From an uncultured Bacteroidales bacterium (GTDB lineage Bacteria > Bacteroidota > Bacteroidia > Bacteroidales > FEN-979): a stretch of DNA of 64,000 nucleotides. Where the stretch lies: contig CAISRB010000016.1 of the NCBI GenBank assembly GCA_903887775.1, positions 10,416 through 74,415 on the forward strand, written 5' to 3'. The notes beneath the pieces were generated by a model. That model ran no database searches, was not told the DNA's origin, and saw only the letters and a program-made list of their open reading frames with translations. The translations under genes and the position numbers were made by a program. Below are positions 1 through 9,629 of this stretch, piece by piece. Numbering within the stretch: position 1 is the stretch's first letter; each line of letters starts with the position of its first letter.

Positions 1-228
1 ATGCATTTCATGCATTCGTCCGCCTCTTACGACAAATCCTTTGTCTGCATCACCGCCTCCATCCAGCGCCCCTCCCGGTATTCCGTCTTTTTCCAGAATA
101 TGGATGTTGTCACCCGGAACCCCGGCATCTTTTATTAGGTATACGGCACTGGCAAGCGAAGCGATTCCGCTTCCGATAAGATAAACTTTTATTTCTTTTG
201 GGTTTTTGTTTTTTAATGATTTCATCAT
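1..228 (-). CDS. ohyA: Oleate hydratase (myosin-cross-reactive antigen family), N-terminal part, runs off the window edge
   Basis: Not in the ORF track. Manual translation gives MMKSLKNKNPKEIKVYLIGSGIASLASAVYLIKDAGVPGDNIHILEKDGIPGGALDGGGDADKGFVVRGGRMHEMH, with the FAD-binding GxGxxS..E..GG.LDG..G...RGGR signature of oleate hydratases. An AAGGAG lies just upstream of the ATG. Confidence 0.85.
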   Translation of the reverse strand, partial: MMKSLKNKNPKEIKVYLIGSGIASLASAVYLIKDAGVPGDNIHILEKDGIPGGALDGGGDADKGFVVRGGRMHEMH

Positions 229-481
229 GACTCCTTTTTTGCGATAAAAAATCGTTTAGCAGGCGATTATTTTGGTTGTCCTTAGTTACCGTAAAGGTAA
301 CATAAAACTCTGACCTGTTAACACAGGCTTAAGGCATTCCTTTAATTTTATATTCAGGGTTTTGTAATAAATTCTATCCTCTCTGATAATTTATCGAAGG
401 GCAATTATTATTTTTGTAGATTATAGTGAAATCAGGTGACAGATGGGAATATTGACAATGTGCGCATATTAAACTTATTGT

Positions 482-1522
482 GTGATGAAAAAGTTTTCTT
501 TTCTCTTATTCTGCATTGCTCTGATGCTTGGGCTGTTTCTGTCGTCTTGCCTTAAAACATCGGGCCCTACTCCCCAGCCGGTACTCAGGATTGGTCTCGT
601 GGGAGGCAGCGGGGGTTTCAACGATGCCGGATTTAATCAGAGCATTCTTACAGGGTTTATCCATGCAGCAAATGATTTTCCGATGTATTGCCAGGCCCGG
701 GAAAGTAAAACTGCCTCTGACATCCCTGTCAATATCGATTATTATTTGCTGAACAGTTTCGAGATGATTATGACGGCAGGTTACGAGTCGTCTCAGGCCA
801 TCCTCGAAGCCGCCCAGGCGCATCCCGGAACGGATTTTGTGATCCTTGATTATTCGGCGACCTCACCGCCTGCCAATTTGTTGTGTGCTACTTTCGACGT
901 GGACCAGAGTTCATTTCCCTGTGGTTTCCTCGCCGCCTGGTGGGCCTACAATCAAAACAATATGAATCCTGTTACGGGTTTTGTGGGCGGTCCTGAGATC
1001 CCTGAAATCCGCCAGTTCTCGGTAAGCTTTACGAACGGGGTATCCTACTTTAACAACCTGTATCACAAAAATGTGAGCATTGTAGGGTGTTATGCATCTT
1101 CCTTTTCTGATACACTACAGGGGGCAAGGCTAGCCGATAGTTTGCTGAAGCTAAACGCAAGTGTTATTTTTACATTTGCCGGTAAAACCGGAAACGGCGC
1201 CTTGTATAAAGTCAAGGAGGCCGGTAAATGGGCTATTGGCGTTGATGTGGACCAATACTATTCGATTCCGCAGGTCGGCAGCATATTACTTACCTCATGC
1301 ATAAAAGAGCTCGGTTTGATGACCTATACCATTCTCGGGAATTATTACAATAATAAGTTCCCGGGAGGCACGGTCATTCGCGGAGATCTGAGCAACCAGG
1401 GCGTGGGAATGGCTCCGTTTCACTATTACGGTCTCCTCATCCCTGACAGTGTTAAAACGGCTATCACTGCGATAGAAACCGGAATTAAAAACGGAACGAT
1501 CAAAACCGGTTGGCCGGAATAG
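482..1522 (+). CDS. BMP/PnrA-family substrate-binding lipoprotein
   Basis: Lipobox LSSC; GGFNDAGFNQS, AGKTGNGA and WAIGVDVDQ motifs of the BMP family. TATTTTTG -7 box at 409-416. Confidence 0.85.
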   Translation: MMKKFSFLLFCIALMLGLFLSSCLKTSGPTPQPVLRIGLVGGSGGFNDAGFNQSILTGFIHAANDFPMYCQARESKTASDIPVNIDYYLLNSFEMIMTAGYESSQAILEAAQAHPGTDFVILDYSATSPPANLLCATFDVDQSSFPCGFLAAWWAYNQNNMNPVTGFVGGPEIPEIRQFSVSFTNGVSYFNNLYHKNVSIVGCYASSFSDTLQGARLADSLLKLNASVIFTFAGKTGNGALYKVKEAGKWAIGVDVDQYYSIPQVGSILLTSCIKELGLMTYTILGNYYNNKFPGGTVIRGDLSNQGVGMAPFHYYGLLIPDSVKTAITAIETGIKNGTIKTGWPE

Positions 1523-1604
1523 GGTGGCCCTGGTCTCAGATTTTTCATTCCGAACGTAACTGAGGGCGTAAATTCAATTATATTTGACTTATATAAATCA
1601 AGAC

Positions 1605-4600
1605 ATGGTATTTGACCGTGCATTACTGTTTATTATCCTGACTTGTTTTCCGGTTTGTCTTTCATACCCGCAAATACAGCAGCCGGGTACTTTGGCGATG
1701 CCCAGGCTGAAAGTTGATAACTGGCAGATGGATCAGGGATTGCCCGTGAACTCCATCATGGCAGTCGCTCAAACTGCGGATGGCTGGATGTTTTTTGGTA
1801 CGGAAGAGGGACTGGTCAGATTTGACGGTTTTGCCTTTTCCCTGATGGACAAATCCAACATTCCGGGTTTAAATGTGAATTTCATCAGTGCACTTTTAGG
1901 GAGCAGGGACACAAGCCTTTGGATAGGAACCGAAGGCGATGGCCTGATCAGGTATAAGAATAACGCTTTTGTTAAATATAATAAAGCCAATGGATTATCT
2001 GACAGCCGCATTTTTGCTTTATCTGAAGATTCGTATGGCGGACTATGGATTGGCACATCAGGAGGAGGTCTGAATTATTTACGGGATGGAAAAATAAGTA
2101 AATACGATACGACAAACGGATTAGCATGTAATTATATCCGCTCGTTGGCGCTGGATGCCAAAGGCAGGATCTGGGTCGGAACGCAAAAAGGGCTCTCGGT
2201 GATCGATCATGGTAAGATTAAAACTTATTATGCGAAAGATGGACTTACCGATGATTTTATTGAAGCACTCGCATTGGACCAAGACCAGAACCTTTGGATC
2301 GGTACGAAGGGAGGAGGTCTTATTGTGTTCAAACAGAATAAATTTTCGGTTTACACCATAAGGGACGGGCTTACGAACAATTCGGTCACTTCTCTTCGCT
2401 TCGACATGCATGGCATGTTATGGATAGGAACCAATGGTGGTGGTATTAACCGCATGATGGGTGGGAAATTTTACCCATTTACCACGAAAGACGGTCTTTC
2501 GAGCAACCTTATCGTTACTTTATTCGAAGACCGCCAACAAAATATATGGGCAGGTTCTTCCGGAGCCGGGATCGATCGGATTAAAAAGAAATCCATTCAA
2601 ACCATTTCAGCCAGGGATGGCCTGCCTGGAGAGGTCATTCTCCCCGTATTTGAAGACCATGCAGGAGTTATCTGGCTTGGTGTTGCAGGAAAAGGGCTCA
2701 ACAGACTCGAGAATGGCAAGCTGCAAACCTTTACACAAAAAGACGGACTGCCTGATCACCTTGTTCTCACTTTATGTGAAGATGCGGAAAATACACTGTG
2801 GATCGGTACTGTCGGGGGCGGGCTTACCAGTTATAAAAACAAGAGATTCAAGTCATATACTGTTAAAAACGGATTATCCGACAATGTCGTGAATGCGGTG
2901 TATTGCGATAGTTCCGGCATCATATGGGCAGGTACCACCGGGGGCGGGATCAACCGGTTTGAACATGGCAGGTTTTCCGCCTTCACGACTAAAAATGGCC
3001 TGTCAAACGATAATGTAAACTGTATTCTAAAGGACAGCAAGGGAAATTTATGGGTTGGGACCAATGGCGGTCTCAACAAGATCAGGGATGGTAAAATTTC
3101 AGTAATAAACAAGGAAAATGGCTTATCGGATGATTATATCCTGTCCTTATACGAAGACCGTGAAGGAAACTTATGGGTGGGAACTGCCGGAAATGGGTTT
3201 AACCTGATCCGTGGTGGAAAAATTACAATGTTTACTATGAATGATGGGTTGATCAATGAGGTAGTACTTAAAATTCTTGAAGATGACTTCGGGTATTTCT
3301 GGATCAGCTGCAACAAAGGAATTTATAAAATAAAAAAACAGGATCTACTGGATTTTGCGGATTTGAAAATAAAATCATTGAACCCTGTTGCCTATGGGAA
3401 AACAGACGGCATGGAATCTGTCGAGTGCAATGGAGGCGTTTCGCCTGCAGGATGTAAAACACGCGACGGCAAGCTGTTATTCCCTACGATTAAGGGAATG
3501 TCGATCATAGATCCTGATTTAATGAAAAAAGTTTCTTCCGATTTCTTCCCTCTTTTCATTAATGGAGTCCTGGTTGATGGACAGTTTGTCAAAATAACCA
3601 CCCCTTTGACTTTGCCTTCATATTCGAACCGGCTTGAGTTCCGGTACGCTGCCTTGAATTATACGAACCCGGAAAGAATTAAATATCGCTGCATGCTGGC
3701 TGGATACGACAAAGACTGGATTGATAATGGTACCCGAAGAAGCGCTGATTATACCAATATTTCGGGTGGCGATTACACATTTAAGGTGATGGCTTCGAAT
3801 GAAAGTGGCCAATGGGATTTACGGTCCTATAAAGAATTGAAATTTCACCTTAAACCTCCATTTTACCGTTCTTTCCCGTTTTATCTCATCGTATCGGTCT
3901 TTCTGCTGTTGCTGGTGTTTTTTGTAACGTATTATTTCATGGCCAGATTCCAAAGCAAGCAGTTGAAGCGGCTTGTGGAAGAGCGAACTCTTGAACTTTA
4001 TCAGAAAATGATCGCTCATAAACAAACCCAGGAGGTGTTGCAGCGGATGAATGCTGAATTATTAATTGCGAAGGAGCAGGCTGAGTCGGGCGACCGCCTG
4101 AAAACCGCCTTCATGAATAACATCTCTCATGAAATCCGTACACCCCTGAATGGCATCATCGGATTCAGCGAATTGATGGCCGATCCGGATCTGACTCCGA
4201 CTGAAAGATCCCAATACCATGAAATAGTAAAATCAAGCAGCGACAGGCTGCTGAGTACCGTGACCGATTATATGGATATCTCACTCCTTGCTTCCGGGAA
4301 CCAGGAAGTCAGGAAAAACATGTTCAATCTCAGCGATCTGCTGGATGACATTTATAACAGGTTCCTGAAACCATGTAAAAGTAAAAATCTTGCATTAACC
4401 CTTCAAACTCCGGAAACAGCAGGTAAACTGCAAATAATCTCTGACCGTGAACTATTATATAAAGTATTATACCACCTTGTGGATAATGCAGTTAAATTTA
4501 CGAGACAGGGAACTGTTTCTTTCGGCATTGAGGTGAAAGGAAACGAGTTAAAATTTTTTGTCAAAGATACGGGCGTTGGAATCAGCAATGAAGTCCAGGC

Positions 4601-5192
4601 AAGCATCTTTAATAAATTTACACAGGAGAATGTATCCAACACCCGAGGGCATGAAGGCAGCGGCTTGGGTTTATCAATTGTTAAAGGGATAGTGGAACTT
4701 TTAGGAGGCCGCATCTGGCTTGAATCAGTTAAAGGCAAAGGCTCTTCAGTCTTTTTTAGCATACCGGTTGAAATGGCCGGGTTTGAGAATCAGCATGAAT
4801 ATAAAACAGAAGCAGGCATACAGGCGAAACCACTTATTCTTGTTGCTGACGACGAACCCTCGGCCAGCCTTTTAGCAGAACGCATTATGAATAAAGAAGG
4901 AGTGGATGTGCTCGTTGTAACGGATGGTCAGCAAGCCATTGAGGCCTGCCGAAAGAACCCTTTAATCTCGATGGTTTTAATGGATTTGAAAATGCCGGTC
5001 ATTGATGGTTTGCAAGCCACCCGTGAAATAAAAATCATCAGACCGCGCTTACCCGTTATTGCAGTTACGGCATATGCACTCAGCGGAGATGAAAAGAGAG
5101 CAAGGGAAGCCGGATGCGACGATTATATTTCGAAACCTTTTGAACGAACGGTTTTGTCGAAAAAACTGAAGAAGTTCGGTCTCGTGGTATAA
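1605..5192 (+). CDS. Hybrid sensor histidine kinase (beta-propeller repeats, Y_Y_Y, TM, HisKA, HATPase, REC; no AraC output domain)
   Basis: Repeated GLxxxxV..D..G.LWIGT.GGGL units, YRCMLAGYDKDW/YTFKV, H-box SHEIRTPLNG, G-boxes, and a REC domain (MDLKMP) at the C-terminus. Start moved from 1584 to ATG 1605 because a TATATTTG -7 box overlaps 1579-1586. Confidence 0.92.
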   Translation: MVFDRALLFIILTCFPVCLSYPQIQQPGTLAMPRLKVDNWQMDQGLPVNSIMAVAQTADGWMFFGTEEGLVRFDGFAFSLMDKSNIPGLNVNFISALLGSRDTSLWIGTEGDGLIRYKNNAFVKYNKANGLSDSRIFALSEDSYGGLWIGTSGGGLNYLRDGKISKYDTTNGLACNYIRSLALDAKGRIWVGTQKGLSVIDHGKIKTYYAKDGLTDDFIEALALDQDQNLWIGTKGGGLIVFKQNKFSVYTIRDGLTNNSVTSLRFDMHGMLWIGTNGGGINRMMGGKFYPFTTKDGLSSNLIVTLFEDRQQNIWAGSSGAGIDRIKKKSIQTISARDGLPGEVILPVFEDHAGVIWLGVAGKGLNRLENGKLQTFTQKDGLPDHLVLTLCEDAENTLWIGTVGGGLTSYKNKRFKSYTVKNGLSDNVVNAVYCDSSGIIWAGTTGGGINRFEHGRFSAFTTKNGLSNDNVNCILKDSKGNLWVGTNGGLNKIRDGKISVINKENGLSDDYILSLYEDREGNLWVGTAGNGFNLIRGGKITMFTMNDGLINEVVLKILEDDFGYFWISCNKGIYKIKKQDLLDFADLKIKSLNPVAYGKTDGMESVECNGGVSPAGCKTRDGKLLFPTIKGMSIIDPDLMKKVSSDFFPLFINGVLVDGQFVKITTPLTLPSYSNRLEFRYAALNYTNPERIKYRCMLAGYDKDWIDNGTRRSADYTNISGGDYTFKVMASNESGQWDLRSYKELKFHLKPPFYRSFPFYLIVSVFLLLLVFFVTYYFMARFQSKQLKRLVEERTLELYQKMIAHKQTQEVLQRMNAELLIAKEQAESGDRLKTAFMNNISHEIRTPLNGIIGFSELMADPDLTPTERSQYHEIVKSSSDRLLSTVTDYMDISLLASGNQEVRKNMFNLSDLLDDIYNRFLKPCKSKNLALTLQTPETAGKLQIISDRELLYKVLYHLVDNAVKFTRQGTVSFGIEVKGNELKFFVKDTGVGISNEVQASIFNKFTQENVSNTRGHEGSGLGLSIVKGIVELLGGRIWLESVKGKGSSVFFSIPVEMAGFENQHEYKTEAGIQAKPLILVADDEPSASLLAERIMNKEGVDVLVVTDGQQAIEACRKNPLISMVLMDLKMPVIDGLQATREIKIIRPRLPVIAVTAYALSGDEKRAREAGCDDYISKPFERTVLSKKLKKFGLVV

Positions 5193-5219
5193 TAATCCCA
5201 TAATCTGACCTCAGGCCGA

Positions 5220-6044
5220 TCACCTGTTCCATAGCCTGAAAAGGTTTTTAAATTCGTTGTGCACCAGGTTGTTGGTGGCGATGATTTCTTTTTGAAAGAC
5301 AGGGTTGTCCCCACCCGAGAAATCACATACTTTGCCACCGGCATTTTGTACGAGCAGCACACCAGCTGAAACGTCCCAGGGGCTTAAGCCGTATTCATAA
5401 AAGCCATCATATCTTCCGGCTGCGGTATATGCGAGGTCAGCTGCTGCTGACCCCAGCCTCCTGATGCCCCGGCTGTGCTGCATCAGGTACCTGAAAATAT
5501 CAAGGTAATCCTCCATCCGTCCATAATCGTGATAAGGAAAGCCGGTTGCAAACAAAGAGTCTGAGACGGTCGCAGTATCTGAAACCCTTATCACCTCACC
5601 GTTTTTGTAAGAAGGTGCATTTTCCCAGGTATAGAAACATTCATTCAGGTTGACCTCGTATATAACCCCGGCAAGGATACGTGTATCCTGCATCAGTCCT
5701 ATGCTTACGCAATACATGGGTACACCATGGATATAATTGGTAGTCCCGTCAAGAGGGTCGATGACCCAGGTAAGTTCACTGCTTTTCAGCTGTGGACTCT
5801 CTTCAGCAATAAAGCCTGAACCCGGCAGGATCTTAGTTAACCGGTCCATGATAAGGGACTCCGATTCACGGTCGACATAGGTCACGAAGTTGTTAAAACC
5901 CTTTAATTCTATATCGGAAGAATTCAGTTTCCTGATTTCACTGCGAAGAAACTCACCTGCCTCGATGGCGATTTCGCAGGTTTGTTTTGTAAGTTGCCGG
6001 AGGTTCATAGAAATTGATTGATTGAATTTTAAATCAGGATTCAT
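5220..6044 (-). CDS. suhB: Inositol monophosphatase family protein
   Basis: WVIDPLDGTTNY, RRLGSAAADL and PWDVSAG motifs. Confidence 0.9.
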   Translation of the reverse strand: MNPDLKFNQSISMNLRQLTKQTCEIAIEAGEFLRSEIRKLNSSDIELKGFNNFVTYVDRESESLIMDRLTKILPGSGFIAEESPQLKSSELTWVIDPLDGTTNYIHGVPMYCVSIGLMQDTRILAGVIYEVNLNECFYTWENAPSYKNGEVIRVSDTATVSDSLFATGFPYHDYGRMEDYLDIFRYLMQHSRGIRRLGSAAADLAYTAAGRYDGFYEYGLSPWDVSAGVLLVQNAGGKVCDFSGGDNPVFQKEIIATNNLVHNEFKNLFRLWNR

Positions 6045-7336
6045 TGTTGGCGATACACATACATGCCGTCGCTATCGGTCTCATTCAGAATAACATTCCT
6101 CAGCTGATTTGCCAGTGAATTAAGGTACTTCGTTTTTACCCTGATATAATTCTCTGAGAAGCCGTGCATCCAGCCTTTTGAATTATCTGATTCGAATAAT
6201 ACGTTGACTTCCGTACCCCTGTTTTGCTCATAGAAGGCCTTCTTTTTCATCTCCGAAAGATGATGAAGCTGTTTGCTCCTCTCATTTTTTACATTTTCGG
6301 GAACTACATCAGTAAATTGGGCAGCAAGTGTGTTTTCCCTTTTCGAATAGGCAAAAACATGCATGTATGAAACAGGCATGTTTTCGAGATAAGAATATGT
6401 CTCCCTGAAATTTTCATCCGTTTCTCCCGGGAAACCCACTATCACATCTGAAGCAATACAGGCCAGTGGCAGTTTCTGCCTTATTTGTGAAACACGGCTG
6501 GAATAAAGTTCAAGATTGTATTTTCGTTTCATCGCTTTAAGAATCCTATCTGATCCGGATTGAAGCGGGATGTGAAAATGAGGCATGATTTTCTTCGAGG
6601 AGGCCGCAAAACCGATGATCTCATCAGAAAGAAGATCAGGTTCAATCGATGATATCCGTATCCTTGACAGCCCTTCAATCTTCTCGAAGGCCTGTATGAG
6701 CTGCAGAAAATTCTCTCCGTTATTCCTGCCAAAATCCCCGATATTCACTCCAGTGAGCACTATTTCCCTGATCCCGTGATTTACAATCTCGCAGGCGCTG
6801 CCGGTCAGATGCGCAACAGTGTCGCTGCGGCTGTGGCCCCTGGCCAGGGGGATAGTGCAATAGGAGCAGTAGTAATCACATCCGTCCTGTATCTTCAGAA
6901 AAGAACGGGTGCGGTCGCCGTAAGAAAAGGATGGCATAAAATCACTGTTCTCTCTGATACCAGGAATCAGTCCTCCGTGATAATCCGGAGCCTTCAGTTT
7001 CATCAGCTCTTCGAGAAGGTTATATTTTGCAGTGTTGCCCAGGACAAGGTCAACACCTTCCATCAGCAGGAGTTCATCAGGTTTCAGCTCTGAGAAACAG
7101 CCTATGACCGCGATTTTAGCCTTCGGGTTCAGCCTGTGGGCCTGGTGGATGGCAGAGCGGCATTTTTTCTCAGCTACGGAAGTGACAACACAGGTGCTGA
7201 TCACATAGATATCGGCGACTTCATGATGGTTCTTCAGCTCAAACCCCTTTTCCCGGAACTGCCGGGAGATCGAGGAAGCTTCGGCAAAATTTACTTTACA
7301 ACCGAAATGGTGAAATGCAATACTGGTGGGATCCAT
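6041..7336 (-). CDS. mtaB: tRNA t6A37 methylthiotransferase MtaB (radical SAM)
   Basis: UPF0004 N-terminus GCKVNFAE, KIQDGCDYYCSYC, RISSIEP and a C-terminal TRAM-like region. Confidence 0.9.
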   Translation of the reverse strand: MDPTSIAFHHFGCKVNFAEASSISRQFREKGFELKNHHEVADIYVISTCVVTSVAEKKCRSAIHQAHRLNPKAKIAVIGCFSELKPDELLLMEGVDLVLGNTAKYNLLEELMKLKAPDYHGGLIPGIRENSDFMPSFSYGDRTRSFLKIQDGCDYYCSYCTIPLARGHSRSDTVAHLTGSACEIVNHGIREIVLTGVNIGDFGRNNGENFLQLIQAFEKIEGLSRIRISSIEPDLLSDEIIGFAASSKKIMPHFHIPLQSGSDRILKAMKRKYNLELYSSRVSQIRQKLPLACIASDVIVGFPGETDENFRETYSYLENMPVSYMHVFAYSKRENTLAAQFTDVVPENVKNERSKQLHHLSEMKKKAFYEQNRGTEVNVLFESDNSKGWMHGFSENYIRVKTKYLNSLANQLRNVILNETDSDGMYVYRQQ

Positions 7337-7340
7337 GGTG

Positions 7341-7348
7341 CAAAGATA
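7341..7348 (-). promoter_or_regulatory. Bacteroidota primary-sigma -7 element (TATCTTTG) upstream of mtaB
   Basis: Matches TAnnTTTG a few nt before the ATG at 7336. Confidence 0.55.
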
Positions 7349-7350
7349 AC

Positions 7351-7477
7351 AAGTAGCGAGATAGCGAAAAATGAAAAGCGAAAAGTGAAAAGCGAAAAGT
7401 GAAAAGCGAAAAGCGAAAAGTGAGAAGCGAAAAGTGAAAAGCGAAAAGCGAGAAGTGAAAAGCGAAAAGTGAAAAGC
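7351..7477 (+). repeat. Heptamer tandem array (GARAAGY x~16) preceded by AAGTAGCG
   Basis: GAAAAGC/GAAAAGT/GAGAAGC units read directly from 7366 to 7477. The array fills the gap between the DMT gene and mtaB. Confidence 0.95.
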
Positions 7478-7482
7478 GACAT

Positions 7483-8361
7483 TCAGTCCTTGAGGTACTG
7501 CTGCATCAGTATCCCCGAAACGATCAATGCCAGTCCGAAAACTGTCGATTGCAAAATGGCTTCACCTACCGTAAAGTGTATAATTATCAGTGAAATAAAA
7601 GGGGAGAGGTAGATCAGGTTGCTGACCCCGGCCGTGGTTTTGGAGTACCTGAGGGCATTGAGCCACAGGACAAAGGTGATGCCCATTTCAAACAGGCCGA
7701 TGTATAAGGCGCCAGCGATTCCGGACCAGGGCGGGACCCTGAAATGTTTTGCAGCTGCTATGGTTATGACGATATAAAGTAACCCGAAACAGAAATTCAG
7801 AAACAGTTTACTCACTGCCTCTCGTTTATCTTTCAGGTTAATGATCCAGTAAAGAGCCCAGAAAATGGCGCTGCCCAGGGCAAGCAGAACGCCCGGGATA
7901 CTTGTAAATCTGAGCAGCAACAGGTTTCCGTGATTGGAAATCACCAGTATCCCAAGAAAGCTGATAAAAACAGCAACGATACTCCAGACGCTTATCTTTT
8001 GCCCGAGAAGAGGAACAGAAAGCAGGACGAGGACCAAAGGCCAGATGTAATTCAAGGTTCCTGCTTCCTGGGCTGGCAGCAAATCGTAGGCTTTAAGCAG
8101 AACAACATAATAAAGAAAAGGATTAAGCATGCCCATCAGGGCAGACATCAGAATTTGGTTGAAGCTGATTTTTGTGAGTAAAGACATCTTTCCCTGTACA
8201 AGCAGGATAATCAGCAACACGATGCAGGCCACGATCGAGGAGAAAAGAAGCAACTCCAGGGGATCAAGGTAACGAAGGCTGAGCTTGAAAGCCGACCCGA
8301 TGGTCGACCAGAAGGCTATAGCCGAGAATGCGTACAAGTATGCTTTCCTCTGAGCTTTCAT
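7483..8361 (-). CDS. DMT/EamA family permease
   Basis: About 10 TM segments in two EamA repeats (LNYIWPL, LIYLSPF). Start set at ATG 8361 (MKAQRK). Confidence 0.85.
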   Translation of the reverse strand: MKAQRKAYLYAFSAIAFWSTIGSAFKLSLRYLDPLELLLFSSIVACIVLLIILLVQGKMSLLTKISFNQILMSALMGMLNPFLYYVVLLKAYDLLPAQEAGTLNYIWPLVLVLLSVPLLGQKISVWSIVAVFISFLGILVISNHGNLLLLRFTSIPGVLLALGSAIFWALYWIINLKDKREAVSKLFLNFCFGLLYIVITIAAAKHFRVPPWSGIAGALYIGLFEMGITFVLWLNALRYSKTTAGVSNLIYLSPFISLIIIHFTVGEAILQSTVFGLALIVSGILMQQYLKD

Positions 8362-8423
8362 CGCGATGCGAAGGTAAGAAAGATTCAAAAAAGTCCTATT
8401 TTTGTATCTCTAAACACTCTGTT

Positions 8424-9368
8424 ATGAAAAAGTTAGCTGTTGTCGCTCTTGGAGGCAATGCCCTTCTGCGCTCCGACCAGAAAGGGACGATAGGAGAGCA
8501 GGAGGCAAATGCCTACGCTACATCCGAATGCCTTGTAAAGCTCATGAAGCGAGATTATAACCTGGTGCTGACCCATGGAAACGGACCCCAGGTCGGGAAC
8601 ATCATGCTTGCCAACTCAGCAGGGTACAAATTATTCGGCATACCTGAAATGCCCCTCGATATTTGCGTAGCTTATTCCCAGGGCTTCATTGGTTATATCA
8701 TAGAGCAGCAGCTAAAAAATGTCCTTGAAAAGCATGAAATGGAAAGGGATATCATCACCATAACCACTCAGGTGCTTGTAAATAAAGACGATCCTGCTTT
8801 CAGGAACCCCACAAAACCTGTTGGGCCTTATTATACAAAAGAAGAAGCTGATAAAACCATGGCTGAATCCAAATCGGTTTTCATGGAAGATGCCCGCGGC
8901 AGAGGATGGAGAAAGGTCGTGGCATCGCCAAAACCTCTGGTTATTCTGAATAAAAAAACGATTGAGAAAATTGCCAGGCAGGATAATATTGTTATTGCGG
9001 TAGGAGGGGGAGGGATCCCGGTGTATTATGTTGAGCCCAATAAACTGGAAGGAATTGATGCTGTCATCGACAAAGACCTCGCTTCGGCACTGCTGGCTTC
9101 GCAGATTAATGCCGATAAATTCTTTATCCTTACGGATGTTCCAAAAGTCTGTATCAATTTCAACACTCCCCAGGAGGAGGCACTTCACCGCCTGACCATT
9201 GCTGATGCGAAAAGGTATCTTGACGAAGGGCAATTCCCCGAAGGAAGTATGGGGCCAAAGATCAGGGCTGCAATCCATTTTGTCGAAAATTCAGGGAAGG
9301 ACACCATAATTACCAAAACCACAATGCTTGGGATCGATAATGGAGGAACAAGGATCACCCTTGTTTAA
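8424..9368 (+). CDS. arcC: Carbamate kinase
   Basis: VVALGGNALL, THGNGPQVG, PTKPVG, GGGGIPV, AVIDKDLAS and GSMGPKI motifs. Start at ATG 8424, after the TATTTTTG box at 8397-8404. Confidence 0.93.
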   Translation: MKKLAVVALGGNALLRSDQKGTIGEQEANAYATSECLVKLMKRDYNLVLTHGNGPQVGNIMLANSAGYKLFGIPEMPLDICVAYSQGFIGYIIEQQLKNVLEKHEMERDIITITTQVLVNKDDPAFRNPTKPVGPYYTKEEADKTMAESKSVFMEDARGRGWRKVVASPKPLVILNKKTIEKIARQDNIVIAVGGGGIPVYYVEPNKLEGIDAVIDKDLASALLASQINADKFFILTDVPKVCINFNTPQEEALHRLTIADAKRYLDEGQFPEGSMGPKIRAAIHFVENSGKDTIITKTTMLGIDNGGTRITLV

Positions 9369-9615
9369 AGACCATTTTCCTGACTTCGATGCCTTCCGTT
9401 TTCAGGAGATCATTCTCAAGTTTGACGAATTCAGCGGGATCACCGTATAATTCAAGTAAGATGAGCCCGCATCCCGCATTGGTACCGGGATCTGTGCCAT
9501 GTAAGCCGAGCCTGGTCCTGATTGAACATCCGAACTTTGCAAGGATGTTTTGAACCAGGGCAACCTCGCTTACCCTGTCGGTGATGTTAATCCCCAGAAC
9601 CCATTTTTCTTTCAT
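9355..9615 (-). CDS. TM1266-like ACT-fold protein (iron-only hydrogenase system regulator family), copy 2
   Basis: LGINITDR..VQNILAKFGCSIRTRLGLH..GLILLEL..GIEVRKMVF. Paralog of 11296-11553. Confidence 0.75.
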   Translation of the reverse strand: MKEKWVLGINITDRVSEVALVQNILAKFGCSIRTRLGLHGTDPGTNAGCGLILLELYGDPAEFVKLENDLLKTEGIEVRKMVFKQG

Positions 9616-9629
9616 ATCTTAATATTATC

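Noticed and set aside
385-395. GATAATTTATC palindrome as a Fur-like box between ohyA and the BMP gene
   Set aside because: It is too short and AT-rich to distinguish from chance.
7291-7482. ORFs with FRFSLFA repeats (also 7136-7402, 16253-16456, 49261-49554, 49340-49540)
   Set aside because: They are translations of the heptamer arrays. Their mutual similarity comes from the DNA repeat and is not evidence of a protein family.
8424-9368. Functional link between carbamate kinase and the adjacent hydG operon
   Set aside because: The genes are convergent, with only a 14-bp 3' overlap. Carbamoyl phosphate feeds [NiFe] maturation (HypF), not HydG chemistry.
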